A stretch of 64,000 bases of DNA from Octopus sinensis. Taxonomy: Eukaryota. Made by a program: the position numbers and the translations under genes. The notes under the pieces were generated by a model. The model saw nothing but the letters and a program-made list of their open reading frames with translations. It was not told the origin of the DNA and made no database searches. Positions 26,888 through 38,672 of the stretch are shown piece by piece (position 1 is the stretch's first letter; each line of letters starts with the position of its first letter). The stretch spans positions 59,520,001-59,584,000 of the forward strand of contig NC_042998.1 in the NCBI RefSeq assembly GCF_006345805.1, given 5' to 3'.

Positions 26888-27232
26888 GAGTAACAAAGAT
26901 GTCAGGTGTCATCTTTTGTTACTCATTTGTATTTTATTCGCCTACCCCGGAATCTGCACTTCGGAAATATTATAGAATGCATTTGTATATAAAATATATG
27001 TCTGAACAATCAAGAACAGTTCTATTCACTATGTTGGGTCATGTTATCTGCATACACTGCAAAAATATCAAGTGCAAACACTTCTGCACAGAGTTTGATA
27101 TTAACCTGATATTTGGGGGGATGTGTAAATCGGGGTGTGTAAATTAAATCGACCTAAAAAGTTACCTCGTTTAAGGACCTAATTCAATCGAATCGGAATT
27201 ACATATATATAATATATTATATAATATCTGTG

Positions 27233-27263
<31 letters not shown>

Positions 27264-27509
27264 TGTGTACATAAATACACACACCCACCATATGCCCATA
27301 TATATATATGTATATATATATTATATATATTAATATATATATATATATATATATAACAACATATCATAAATGCAAGTTCACATTTGCTCAAACAGGCATG
27401 CATGTGTACAAGTTTGCACCTACATACGTCTGTGCAGCTATGGGTATCAAAGCTTTTACTGGCTTGAAGCAGCAATTTCCCCGCTTCAAAAGATTGTGCT
27501 GTAGCCGCT

Positions 27510-29900
27510 TGTTACGTATCCAAATACACCAATAATTATTTAAACATTTCTTATTTTATAGATCGGTGGAATAATTGATGATTTCTCATCAGATCGTCAT
27601 CACTGTTTTCATTTAAGCTAATTCTTAAGCATTAATTTAACCTAGCTACTCACGTCCGCCCCTCTGTGTAATTTCTATATCCTATACCTGATCATTAAGT
27701 CTGGGGTGTGAAGTGCGAGACATTGATAGTGCCATTGGTGATTATATAATTCACATTCTTGTTAATTCTCATATTACCTTCAGTGTTATCCTTTCTATAC
27801 ATTAAATTTACCGATATCTGGTACCATCTTCGTGCTTAATTATGGTATGGGAAGTATTCACCGTGTAAATTCTACAGTCTGCATTGATCCTGGCATCTCT
27901 GATTTACTAGTGTCTCTATCTGTTGAAAACAGTAATCATTTTATTCTTATTCTTGTTCCTGTATGTTAATAATATATCTTCCGAAGTGTAGGCTAATATC
28001 CGCGTTGTAGATCGTATCAGTCTAGTCTGTTTATCTGTGGCTATCACTTTGAAGCTTCTGGCATATATAACTATCCCTATGAACCTCAGCTGACATGCTT
28101 AAATTTTTCGCTGAATGACATGTGGCAGCAGAGTGTGCTACGTCTCTAGCTATATATTGCTGGTCACTAGTTAGGACATTCTTCCTATTCACATGATGCT
28201 TACCAGTATCATATAAGCAAATTTGATCCTTGGGTGCACTCCCAGACTAAGTAATGGTAGTCATCATCATCATCATTGTTCGACCGTGGTCGAGACTAAA
28301 TTCCATAGTCTTTTCAAATGGCTAATAATGTGTGCGCGCGCCACTACTACACACATTGGAAAGCATTGTACAACCAAGTACTAAAGAAGATCTTTCCTCC
28401 TCCATGAAACAAAGCTGTTCCCGCTGGACGTCAACCCAGTATTTCTAAGCTACGGACCGAGTGATTTATTGTAAGGTTATCTCCCTAGATAGATTGCCTT
28501 CACTACGGCTAAGGAGCCCTTTCTACCCCATGGTAGTCATATTGATTTGGATATTTCTGGTGTTGGGTAATAAAAGTAAGATTTTAACATCAATAGCCCG
28601 GGTCTCATCTAACATACAATCCCTTTGTGCAAATGTTTCTATAAAATCTAATACAACAAATATATTGTATGTTATTATTGAATTTTATACAGAGATGCTT
28701 GGGGATTGTGTTTGTGTTTTGTTACGATATTCCTTGTTCAAATATTATTATAGGATACATTTTCTTCCATCTCTAAATACCTATGTGTCATTTCTCATCA
28801 AACATAGGAGAAATATCAGCCACTTAATAACAATTTTGATAGAGGGGCTTGTAGTACTATCCAACCATTGAATAATCATTATCTGGGCCAAACTCCAGCC
28901 CAATGCCATCTGAGAATATCATCAACTTTTACTTCATAACATATTACTTGCACATTCATTAAGGTACTTCACACAGAAAGCGCCTGTTAGGCTTTAGTTT
29001 CTGTTTCCTGTGAGTCAAAACAAAAAAGATAGAAAGAAGAGTTTCCTGAAAGGATAACGATATGGCAGCAAGACAGTTACCTTCAAACATACTTTTGCAA
29101 CGATTTATACTATTAGTGGTATTAGGAGAATTTCGTGTCTTTATTTTTTGTTAATTCAGCCACCACACCTGTGACATCACAATTTTTAATCAAAAATTAT
29201 TCAGCATCTACCCAGCCTACGTTTGGTGATTTTGGAGGAATATGTTCGTAGAAGTTTTATATTTTTATACGTGAGATTCAGACAGGCAATTGGGCAGTAG
29301 TTCTTTTTTCTGTGTTTTTTTATCCACTTGAGTAATATTACATTGGGATATCAATTTTGATTCAGCCATTGACAATCAATTTAATATGTATTTATATTTC
29401 CATGGAGAATTTGCTCTAGCATACTTCGACAGAAGGTCAGATTTTTCTATTCATCTCCGACAATCAAATCTCTTTTAGGTGCTTTCCAATCCTAAAACTT
29501 TTAAATCGCTGTCTCAAGGGTCTCTCTTTGTTGTTGTATGATTTGCCGTAATACAGGGTGAATACTTGTTTCAGATTTCTTCTAGCCACGCTGTATCCTA
29601 ATTAAATTTCGTTCGTTCACTGCCAAATATTTTTCCTGGAAATTATATGTCTTCATGAACAGCAGGTCATGTGACATATATCGATTGTACTTTAATATGT
29701 CTGTAAATTGTTGCTTTAGTTTGCTTCAATTTCTTGCTATGTAGAATTGTCTTTGCTACTTTCTCCTAACAACGAAGATCTTTACTGACAACTCTAAACG
29801 TCTGTTTGACGATGATTAATTTCACTCAAGCATTTTCTTTTTTACAGTCTTGAAATGTTTCTATTTGATTTTTAACTCTTGTTAGTGAAGAATGTAATAA
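27510..29900 (-). mobile_element. Degraded R4/Dong-type LINE (pre-RT region, RT, possible RLE)
   Basis: Minus-strand motifs in order: AWLEEI, WKAPKRDLIVG..KNLTF, KNYCPIACLNLTYK, FSDGIGLEFGPD, HRYLEMEENVSY, AIDVKILLLLPNTRNIQIN and a weaker HTPDLMIR. Confidence 0.7.
28258..28400 (-). mobile_element. Possible 3' end of another retroelement with an (ATG)n tail, nested in the R4 fragment
   Basis: The minus strand ends ...GACCACGGTCGAACAATGATGATGATGATGA. Family not determined. Confidence 0.3.
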
Positions 29901-30764
29901 TTCTTTTTGTGTGTATGTGATAAGCAACACCACAAAAGTAATAGCATGTCTCTTTATATAAGCATGTATGAACTAAACCTAGACACATCTTTATCTTTTA
30001 TTTTTATCTGTCACTTATTTCAGCTATTAGACCTCGTCCATGCAGGGATGCAGGGGCAATGCTTTCAAGACTTTTAGTTGAACGAATCGACCGCAGTGTT
30101 TAAAAGTAAATGTGTGAATTTTTGTGAGTGTGTGTATGTGTATATATGTATTTACGCAGATATGTCTAAAAGCTCAGAACTTACAGGACAAATTAGAAAT
30201 GAACACCAAACCATATTTGTATATGTATTTGTAATTTCGCAAATGTATATAAGAGTCTCGGTTAAATTAAAAAACAAAAGTTCACACTCAGACAGACACG
30301 TATACACATGCACACATACACAAATACACATACACACATACACATACACACACACACACATACTCCTTAATAACTTATAGCTAACATTTACATATTGGAT
30401 TTTGACACGTTTATAGATATAAGATTTCAGGTACTTCATCGAAGTTGTGTATATCTGATTGAATTGATTAAATATTATATAATTAATAATTTACGAGGTT
30501 AATTTCTTATAAAACTAATCGGAAAAGGAAATATAAGCCATGGTGGCGTGTGACAAGACCATTTCAGATTACTACCAAGTTACTACTGCTGAATTTTATA
30601 CAATCTTTATTCAGTCTGTGCTTCTGAATGTATGATTGCGGTTGCAAGCATTTAACTCCTGTGTCTGCTACGAAGCCCAAACAGTCAGGTGAGGGATTAT
30701 ATCACCAGTAAATTCGGTAATGAGTATGGAAATTTATGTATGCCCGAACCGGAATCAACCAATC

Positions 30765-30766
30765 AC

Positions 30767-30838
<72 letters not shown>

Positions 30839-30990
30839 TTATCTATCTATCTATTTATCTATCTATCTGTCTGTCTGTCTGTCTCTAAGTGTGTATGTAT
30901 GTATGTATGTATGTATGTATGTATGTATGTATGTATGTATGTATATATATATATATATATATTATAGATATATATATATATATTATATAT

Positions 30991-31050
<60 letters not shown>
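30765..31050. repeat. Compound (TCTA)n-(TGTA)n-(TA)n microsatellite
   Basis: Directly visible. Confidence 0.97.
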
Positions 31051-31053
<3 letters not shown>

Positions 31054-31184
31054 ACCGGCTTTTCCATTCATCTTTACGAGGTCAATAAAATAAGTATCAT
31101 TTGAGCATTAGAGTCGATAATATCGACTTGCTCCTACCCTAAAATACCCGGCTTGTGTTGAAATTTAAAACCATTATATATTTT

Positions 31185-31400
31185 GGGCGGTGTAACTGGT
31201 GTAATCAGTAGATCATCGAAAAATTAATTTGTGAAATTTCGTGAGGTTCTTTATATTCTGAGTTCAAATATCGTCAGAATCAACTTATCTTTTTTTGTCC
31301 TTCCTGTGTCCATGAAACATAGTACAAGTTACGTACTGGGGTCAATTATGTCAACTAACCACCTCCCCTAAATAGTATTTGCTTTATACATAAATCAGAA
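31185..31400 (+). mobile_element. tRNA-derived SINE (family B), diverged
   Basis: GGCGGTGTAACTGG...CTGAGTTCAAAT...GTACTGGGGTCAATT. Confidence 0.65.
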
Positions 31401-31424
31401 ACTAGAATCATTTTTGTATTGGTT

Positions 31425-31630
31425 TCAACTTTTGGCAAAAGACTAGCAATTTCCAGATAGGGGTAAGTCGATCACATCGACCCTAGTATTAAACTGGTAC
31501 TTATTTTATCAACCCCGAAAGAATAAAAGGCAAAGTCAACCTCGGTGGAATGTGAACTAAGAACGTAACGACGGACGAAGTGACAGTAAGCTTTTTCCGC
31601 GACGTGCTAACTGTTCTACCAGATCACCAC
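31425..31630 (-). mobile_element. tRNA-derived SINE (family B)
   Basis: GTCGATCACATCGACCC...AAAGGCAAAGTCAACCTCGGTGGAATGTGAAC. Confidence 0.8.
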
Positions 31631-32159
31631 TTTATTATTAATTTATAATTATAAGAAAATCTGTTGTCTGGCTTGCGATGCCTGTTCACTGTTCTCTCTA
31701 TATCGGCCTAGTTTTTAAATGTTTGTTCTTATAGTCTGTCACGGTTATTCTAACATGGACGCATGAACTAGACTTTTTATCAGTTTAACTTTGATTACTA
31801 TCAATTTACTAGTAGTTACTCTATCGACATCAAGTAAAGCGAAAGAAGACATTGTTTACGATGAATTTAAAGTGACATAAGATAAAACGGCAAAGCGTTT
31901 CGTCTAACAATCTGCTAAATAATACGCTGTATTCATTTTTTATTCTACTTATTTCATTCAGTGGTCTGTGGTCAAGCTACATTGCAGCCTTGAAGGATTT
32001 AGAAGAAAAAGAAAATCTCTTAACTTACTTTTAAATGCAATACTTTGTCTAATATTTCTTTTGTTATACCGCTGTGTTACAGTACTACAAACGATTCAAT
32101 ACCGTTTGTAAAGCGTACTGGAAAAATGTAAAAAAAAAACGCGCACATCCATCCATCCT

Positions 32160-32202
32160 TACCTACATACACACATACATACATACATACATACATACAT
32201 AC

Positions 32203-32235
<33 letters not shown>

Positions 32236-32298
32236 GCATGCATACATACATGTATACATGTATACTTACATACATATATACATACAAGCATACATATA
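32160..32298. repeat. (CATA)n microsatellite
   Basis: Directly visible. Abuts the 5' end of an R4-type fragment. Confidence 0.95.
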
Positions 32299-33234
32299 GC
32301 TGGGCTCTCTTACTTCAGAGAAGACCCGGATGGAAAGTACTCAGCATATAAAAAATGACTATGCATGGATAGATTGAAGACGACAGTGACATTGACACGA
32401 AGCGCAGGTTCTCTTGGACACAAGACCACTGCATCACATCACACTATGAAGGCGATGCGTTTGCAATTCAAGAACAGGAGATTGTCACCAAATACCTGGT
32501 GAACAAGAGAGACAATGACGCTCTTGTAATCCCAAGGGGCACCTCATGTGTAGACTATGTCACGTTTCTGTGGAAGATATTACGCATGTAATTAACAGCT
32601 GTCCTAAAATGTCGTCACGGTACTACCTCCCTACACAGCACGATGTTGTTGCTAAAACAATTTATAATGCCATCCACAAAAAAGACTGTCCTGAAATAAA
32701 CTTATAAAATCCCTGTTATGGAATACATTCATAAACACCAACTCACAGAATACTGGTGGAATATTTCCATCAAAACGTCTGTCAAATGTAAGCATAGCAG
32801 GTCGGATATTGCTGCATGGGACAAGGGGCAAAGGTATATACCATCATAGAGGCCTGCTGCCCTGGAGATATAATTATGTCTTTGAAAATTAAAGAAAGAG
32901 GATATCTATGGACAACTGCTTCGAAACCTCCAGCTTCTGTTTTCAGACTATCAATTAATATTCACACCAATGATAATTGGAGCACTAAAGTTTGTTAGAA
33001 AACTCCTAAACGAGAATCTGGATAAATTAGGATTTTCAGAAAGAGAAATCGACGGGCTAATTCATACATTAAAAGTGCGATCTGTGAGTGGAACAGTAAA
33101 AAATGCAAGTCCCAAATGTGAATTTGTCTGCGTTAACTACATCCCAAAGATGGAACCTTGTATCTATGTTGGAAACTGGCTCCTTCTTCATTGGAAGATT
33201 TACGTTAATTAAAAACATAGAGGAGACATACATA
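32299..33234 (+). mobile_element. 5'-truncated R4/Dong-type LINE: zinc knuckle, RLE and 3' UTR
   Basis: AIQEQEIVTKYLVNKRD, CRLCHVSVEDITHVINSCPK..RYYLPTQHDVVAK (CCHC), RSDIAAW..IIE..CP and PMIIGAL. Ends AGAGGAGAC-ATACATAC. Confidence 0.85.
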
Positions 33235-33429
33235 CGTGGAAAATATCATCTACATCAGCAGCAGCAACCGCGCCAAAATGTCTAGGGAATTCTCCTTAGC
33301 TCTGAGAATGATATGGTCGCAAAATATTTTTGCAAAGCTATGAGCAAGAAGGATTATCCTGCAAATACATTAACTTCATGTCAGATCTAGCATAAATTTA
33401 CACCTTTAGGAAGAAAGAATACTACTTCA

Positions 33430-33700
33430 TGAATATTAATGCACCATCAAAATTTCAGAAGCAAGTGAAAATTTATGACGAATTCATAGACAAATTGCAG
33501 CTCTTGTATCGCAACTACAAATTTTCATTTGTACCTCTCATCATTTTCCCATTGTGCTACGTACCTACAAATTTACGCAAACACCTAGAAATCCTACGCT
33601 TTTCGAAGGGAGAGCAAATATCTGACGCACATTCTCCAAATCCAATATCATAGCAGCAAAGTGCAGATTTGTAAGACATTCCAAATATTCGCCATGTGAG
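33430..33700 (+). mobile_element. R4/Dong-type RLE C-terminal fragment (another subfamily)
   Basis: LQLLYRNYKFSFVPLIIFPLCYVPTNLRKHLEILRFSK parallels the C-terminus of the 32.3-kb copy. Confidence 0.6.
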
Positions 33701-33822
33701 ATACCGTAGATGAACTGATGCATACACTTGAGTGTGTGCATCGAAAGCTCAACCAAAACACGAACTCACCTACACGTTTACAAACACCACTAACTCACTT
33801 AAATAAGGCACAAACAGAAGCA

Positions 33823-33870
<48 letters not shown>

Positions 33871-34030
33871 CGTATATTTGCCATTTGAATATGGCTAACC
33901 CCTAAGAGTGAATGCTACTGTAGTTTGTAGCCCCAGGAGGACACCTCCTCCAGCTGGCTATAGACACACTTTCTGTGCCCTATCAGTATTTGCAAAGAGA
34001 AGCCATCCTTCCCGTCTTCAACTCATGATA

Positions 34031-34075
34031 CACACGGACTCGAGTTTCAGGGTATTGACCCGTCATCAGCGTGTG
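34031..34075 (-). ncRNA. Minimal type I hammerhead ribozyme motif
   Basis: Minus-strand RNA: CACACG-CUGAUGA-C-GGGU(CAAU)ACCC-U-GAAA-C(UCGA)G-UC-CGUGUG. It has a 6-bp stem I, the canonical core, a GUC triplet and a palindromic loop III. C.U sits at the base of stem II. Confidence 0.8.
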
Positions 34076-34409
34076 ACAATCGCAGTTGTCGACGAAAAGT
34101 TGGTTCCCTTCACAAATACATATACTTTTTCCAGTATCGATTGACACTGATATTGAAAAAGTGAAATCAAACAATGATAAATCTCAGATTGAGTTATAAA
34201 CAGTAGCAGCAACACATCGTGACGTATATTTGCCATTTGAATATGGCTAACCCCTATATACGTCACGATGTGTTGCTGCTACTGTTTATAACTCGCTCTG
34301 AGATTTATCATTGTTTGATTTCACTTTTTCAATATCAGTGTCAATCGATACTGGAAAAAGTATATGTATTTGTGAAGGGAACCAACTTCTCGTCGGCAAC
34401 TATGATTGT

Positions 34410-34454
34410 CACACGCCGATGACGGGTCAATACCCTGAAACTCGAGTCCCTGTG
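34410..34454 (+). ncRNA. Second, mutated copy of the hammerhead motif
   Basis: CACACG-CCGAUGA-CGGGUCAAUACCCU-GAAA-CUCGAG-UC-CCUGUG, with U4>C in the core and one stem I mismatch. Confidence 0.6.
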
Positions 34455-34796
34455 CATCATGAGTTGAAGACGGGAAGGATGGCTTCCCTTTGCAAATACT
34501 GATAGGGCACAGAAAGTGTGTCTATAGCCATCTGGAGGAGGTGTCCTCCTGGGGCTACAAACTACAGTAGCATTCACCCTTAGGGGTTAGTCATATTCAA
34601 ATGGCAAATATACGTCATGATGTGTTTTACGTCACGAAGTGTTATACATCACGAAGTGTTTTACGGATCCTTTTTAATATAATTATTCAAAAACTTACAC
34701 TATTTAATGATATCAAAGAAAAATGTGGTTATAGAAACTAGGTGTTCTTTCTAGCGTGTTGAATACCACAAGTGGATTCCATTTCCTTTTGATATG

Positions 34797-34843
<47 letters not shown>

Positions 34844-35689
34844 TATATAGATATATATATATATATACATGTGTGTGTGTGTGTGTGTTAGATAAATTAC
34901 ACTGACGTTATACTAAACTAAACAAGCAAGAGAAAAATGAAAGGTAAGGAAACGCTAGAGAAGTGAAATAAAGCAAACATAATATGAAACCATGGAGTGA
35001 CAATGCATACGAATTGATTTCCGACACCTTGGATACCATTTGTCAAGTTACGAGCGTTGCACAGTTATACTTCTTCCTCGTATAGCCATTTGTGATGTCT
35101 TTCAAACAACAAACATATATTCTGGTCATAATCAAAACAATCAAGCAGTAATAAAATATAAATCAAATTTAAAAGAAAAAAAAATTAATACTCATCAAAC
35201 CCATATCACAATGTAAATACGATCCAACGAGAGAAACTACAAGAAACTACTGCTAAGTCTTCTTCAGTTTCTTCCTCGGAGCTTTTTTTAAAGAAGGAAG
35301 AACACATTAGTAAAATGCTGGCTGTGACTGTGGAACAAGTGATGAATTGTCAAGGCTGTAACGACTTTGATAATGGGTTTTCTCTATCAGGATTAAACTA
35401 GTGCTCGAGTATGTGTATAATTTAGAAAGGAATCTCTATATAGTTGTTCAATATACTAGAAATAGCAGCCAAATCTCTCCCAAATTATATCCAACTGAGT
35501 TCAAATCTCATGAGTCAATAAATAATGTAATTCTTCAGACAAGTAGAATCTTCTATCTTCTGTTATATTCTTTTAATTATTTCATTTATTGGGTTGCAGT
35601 CAAGGTGGGGCACCAAGTCGAAAGATTTAATCAAGTTAAGCCACCAGTACGGCATCACTTGTAATCATCATATTGGCGCCTTTTGCTAC

Positions 35690-35807
35690 ACCGCTAAGGT
35701 ACGGGGACGTAAACACACCGGCATCGGTTGTGAAGCAATGTTGGGGGTACAAACACAGACACACAAACATATACACGCATACATACATACATACATACAT
35801 ATATATA

Positions 35808-35893
<86 letters not shown>

Positions 35894-36068
35894 TATGCAT
35901 ATATACGACGGGCTTCTTTCAGTTTTCATCTACCAAATCCACTCACAAGGCTTTGGTCTGCCTGAGGCTATAGTAGAAGACACTTGGCCAAGGTGCCACG
36001 CAGTCGGACTGAACCCGGAACCATGTGGCTGGTAAGCAAGCTACTTAACACACAGCCACTCATGCGCC
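35690..36068 (-). mobile_element. Family A SINE with expanded internal (TA)n
   Basis: Reverse complement of the head and body of 10818. The 3' tail is missing. Confidence 0.85.
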
Positions 36069-36240
36069 CCTTAGCGGCATTTCGTCTGTCTTTATGTTCT
36101 GAGTTTAAATTTTTCCGAGGTCGACATTGAATTACATACTTTCGGATATCGAGGAAATAAGTAACAGTCGAGTTCTGGGGTCGATGCAATCGACTTGTCC
36201 CATTCCCAGTACTTGCAAACCTTGAGCTAAAATATGAAAC
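36069..36240 (+). mobile_element. 5'-truncated family B SINE
   Basis: CTTAGCGGCATTTCGTCTG...GAGGTCGAC...GGGGTCGATGCAATCGAC. Confidence 0.7.
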
Positions 36241-37159
36241 CAATGTGCAATCTGGCTTTTCCCGTTCTCAGTTTAAATTCTGCCGTGGCCTCCACGAGTG
36301 ATACAATTGATCCGTTTAACCTCACTGCCTTGTCCTTGTGTACTACCTTGTACAATGATGTCTAGTCTCCGAAAACTGTTATAGCGCTGCTCTTCTCGGT
36401 TAAGTAATTTTTCTTTTATAGAACACAAGATCTGAAATTTTGTGACGAGACTGTAAGTCGATTTCAACAATCAAGAATTCGGCAAAGTTGACAAATTTTG
36501 AGCTCGAAACATAGAGCTGGACGAAATACCACTAAGCTCGTTTGTCAGGCAAGGTTAATATGCTACCAGTTCACAGTCTTTACCTCATTAAGTTATAAAA
36601 ACAACATGAAAATATGATATCCCACAGTCAAATAGAATCACGTTTCATCCTCTAAAGATAATGTTACACATTCTTACACGCAGGCCCGTACGTGCACACA
36701 CATTCACACCGACAGACATACACGCAGGCACGTACGTGCACACACATTCACACAGACACACACACATACGCACGCGCGTGTACGCGAAGGGAAGGACACA
36801 TAAATACACACATACTCACACACATGAGCATTCGTACACATATAACTTTACAAAATTAAAACTGGATAAGTCAGCAGATATGAAATGTTTGCTGTTTCAG
36901 TATTAAACATTGCTAAGGTCAACGAAAATGTTATAGGAAATAGATTAATTAGTGAAGATGGAAGTAAACAACAATAGGTTTAGCTGTGTGTTATTAGCAA
37001 ATATCATTCTTCGAAAATACGGAAATATCTTATTCAACACACTATTTGAGAGACACAACACTTCCGAAACTTATATAGAAATACAGAGAAAGATGTATCC
37101 AAGGCGGTGCCCCAGCATGGCCGCAGTCCAAGTAAAAGATAAAAGATAAAAGAAACTTA

Positions 37160-37312
37160 TATGCACATACATACACACACCTACACGCATACATACATGC
37201 ATACATACAAACATACATACACACACATACATATATACATACATACATACATACATACATACATACATACATACATACATACATACATACATACATACTT
37301 GCATGCATGCAT
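37160..37312. repeat. (CATA)n microsatellite
   Basis: Directly visible. Abuts the 5' end of an R4-type fragment. Confidence 0.95.
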
Positions 37313-38600
37313 CTTTTCATTTTGGCACTGAATCCATTATTGTTCCTACTGCAGAAAACAAATGGTTATACGCTAGGATCTTCAACTACTAGAAATATCA
37401 ATGTAACTCATAATTTCTTTGTAGACGACCTGAAGATTTATGCTAAAAGTGTTAACAATGCCAAAAAAAAAAAATAACTGGAATTAATAACAGCATTTTC
37501 AGCTGATGCAGGGATGAAATTTTGCCAAAAGAAATGTTCATATTTGGTTATAGAACGAGGAACGTCTCTCCCCCAAACCCAAATCCTTTGCATTAAAGGT
37601 CTTTCTATTTCCCCCATTCCACACAAAGAATGCTACAAGTACTTACGAATAGACGAAAATGTATCATATAAAGGCACTGGGAATAAAAATAAAGTGATCC
37701 GAGAATATTACACCAGAGTTAAGAACATATGGCAGTCGGAACTCCCCTCTTACAATAAAACAATATCCTACAATGCATTTTCAGTACCAGTGCTGATCCA
37801 AACATTTGGAATATTTGATTGCTCTGTAGAGAAAATCCACTCCGTAGATATAAAACCCCGCAAAATCCTGACAACAACTGGGAACTTCCACACAAACAAT
37901 GATGTTAACAAGCTCTAGTTTAGAAGAAATGAATGTGGTAGAGGCCTGAGGTCAGTGCAGACGGCTTTCAAATAATCGTATGGTATCATTCAGGGAGTAC
38001 CTGCTAATCAACAGTTGCAGAAATAAATATATATAAATGCAGTGCGGAAAAATGAAGTGAGCAACATTGTACGAGTTGGCAGTAAGCTCTCTCGAGTTGG
38101 CAGTAAGCTCTCTTTCTGATGATCTCCTCTACAGCCTCAAAACAGCTGGGCTCTTTTACCTCAGAGAAGACCTGGATGGAAATTACTCAGCATACAAAAA
38201 TGTACCATCATAGAGGCCAGCTGCCCTGCATATATAAATATGTCTGTGAAAATTAAAGAAAAAGAGGATATCTATCGACAACTGTTTCGAAACCTCAAGC
38301 TTCTATATTCAGACTATCAATTCATATTCATACCAATAATAATTAGAACAGTAGGGTGAGTTAGAAAATGCTTAAAGGAGAGTCTGGATCAACTGGTAAT
38401 TTCAGAAAGAGAAATCGACCGGCAATTTCGTACATTAGAAATGCAATCTTTGAGTGGAACAGTAAAAATATGCAAGACTTTTTTCAAGTTCCAAATGTAA
38501 TTTCGTCTGTGTTAACTACATCTCAAAGATGGAATCTTGTGTCTTTGTTGGAAACTGGCTCAGTGGAAGATTTATAAAAATTAAAATATAGAAGAGGCAT
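37313..38600 (+). mobile_element. 5'-truncated R4/Dong-type LINE (RT to 3' end) with internal deletion
   Basis: LFILALNPLLFLLQKTNGY..THNFFVDDLKIYAK, then MKFCQKKC..YKYLRIDENVSY..NAFSVPVL (ORF 37514). The 3' part is homologous to 32299-33234 but lacks ~480 bp. Confidence 0.85.
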
Positions 38601-38672
38601 ATATACATATATGCAAATATACATGCATACATATATACATACATGCATACATATATACATATATACATACAT

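Larger units (their letters stand above)
33867..34667. mobile_element. Non-coding hammerhead-bearing element (retrozyme/Penelope pseudo-LTR-like): two head-to-head copies of a 352-bp unit
   Basis: The minus arm 33867-34254 is 1.1 units (GTGACGTATATTTGCC at 33867 and 34219). The plus arm 34255-34627 is its inverted copy. The left end abuts (TA)n and each arm has a hammerhead motif. Confidence 0.8.

Noticed and set aside
27570-27600. Minus-strand CTGATGA-GAAA-TCATCA
   Set aside because: It is a simple hairpin with no stem II between the core halves, inside an R4 remnant.
33908-34577. Paired 63-78 aa ORFs in the palindrome
   Set aside because: They are mirror products of the inverted repeat with no domain similarity, and most arm differences are non-synonymous.
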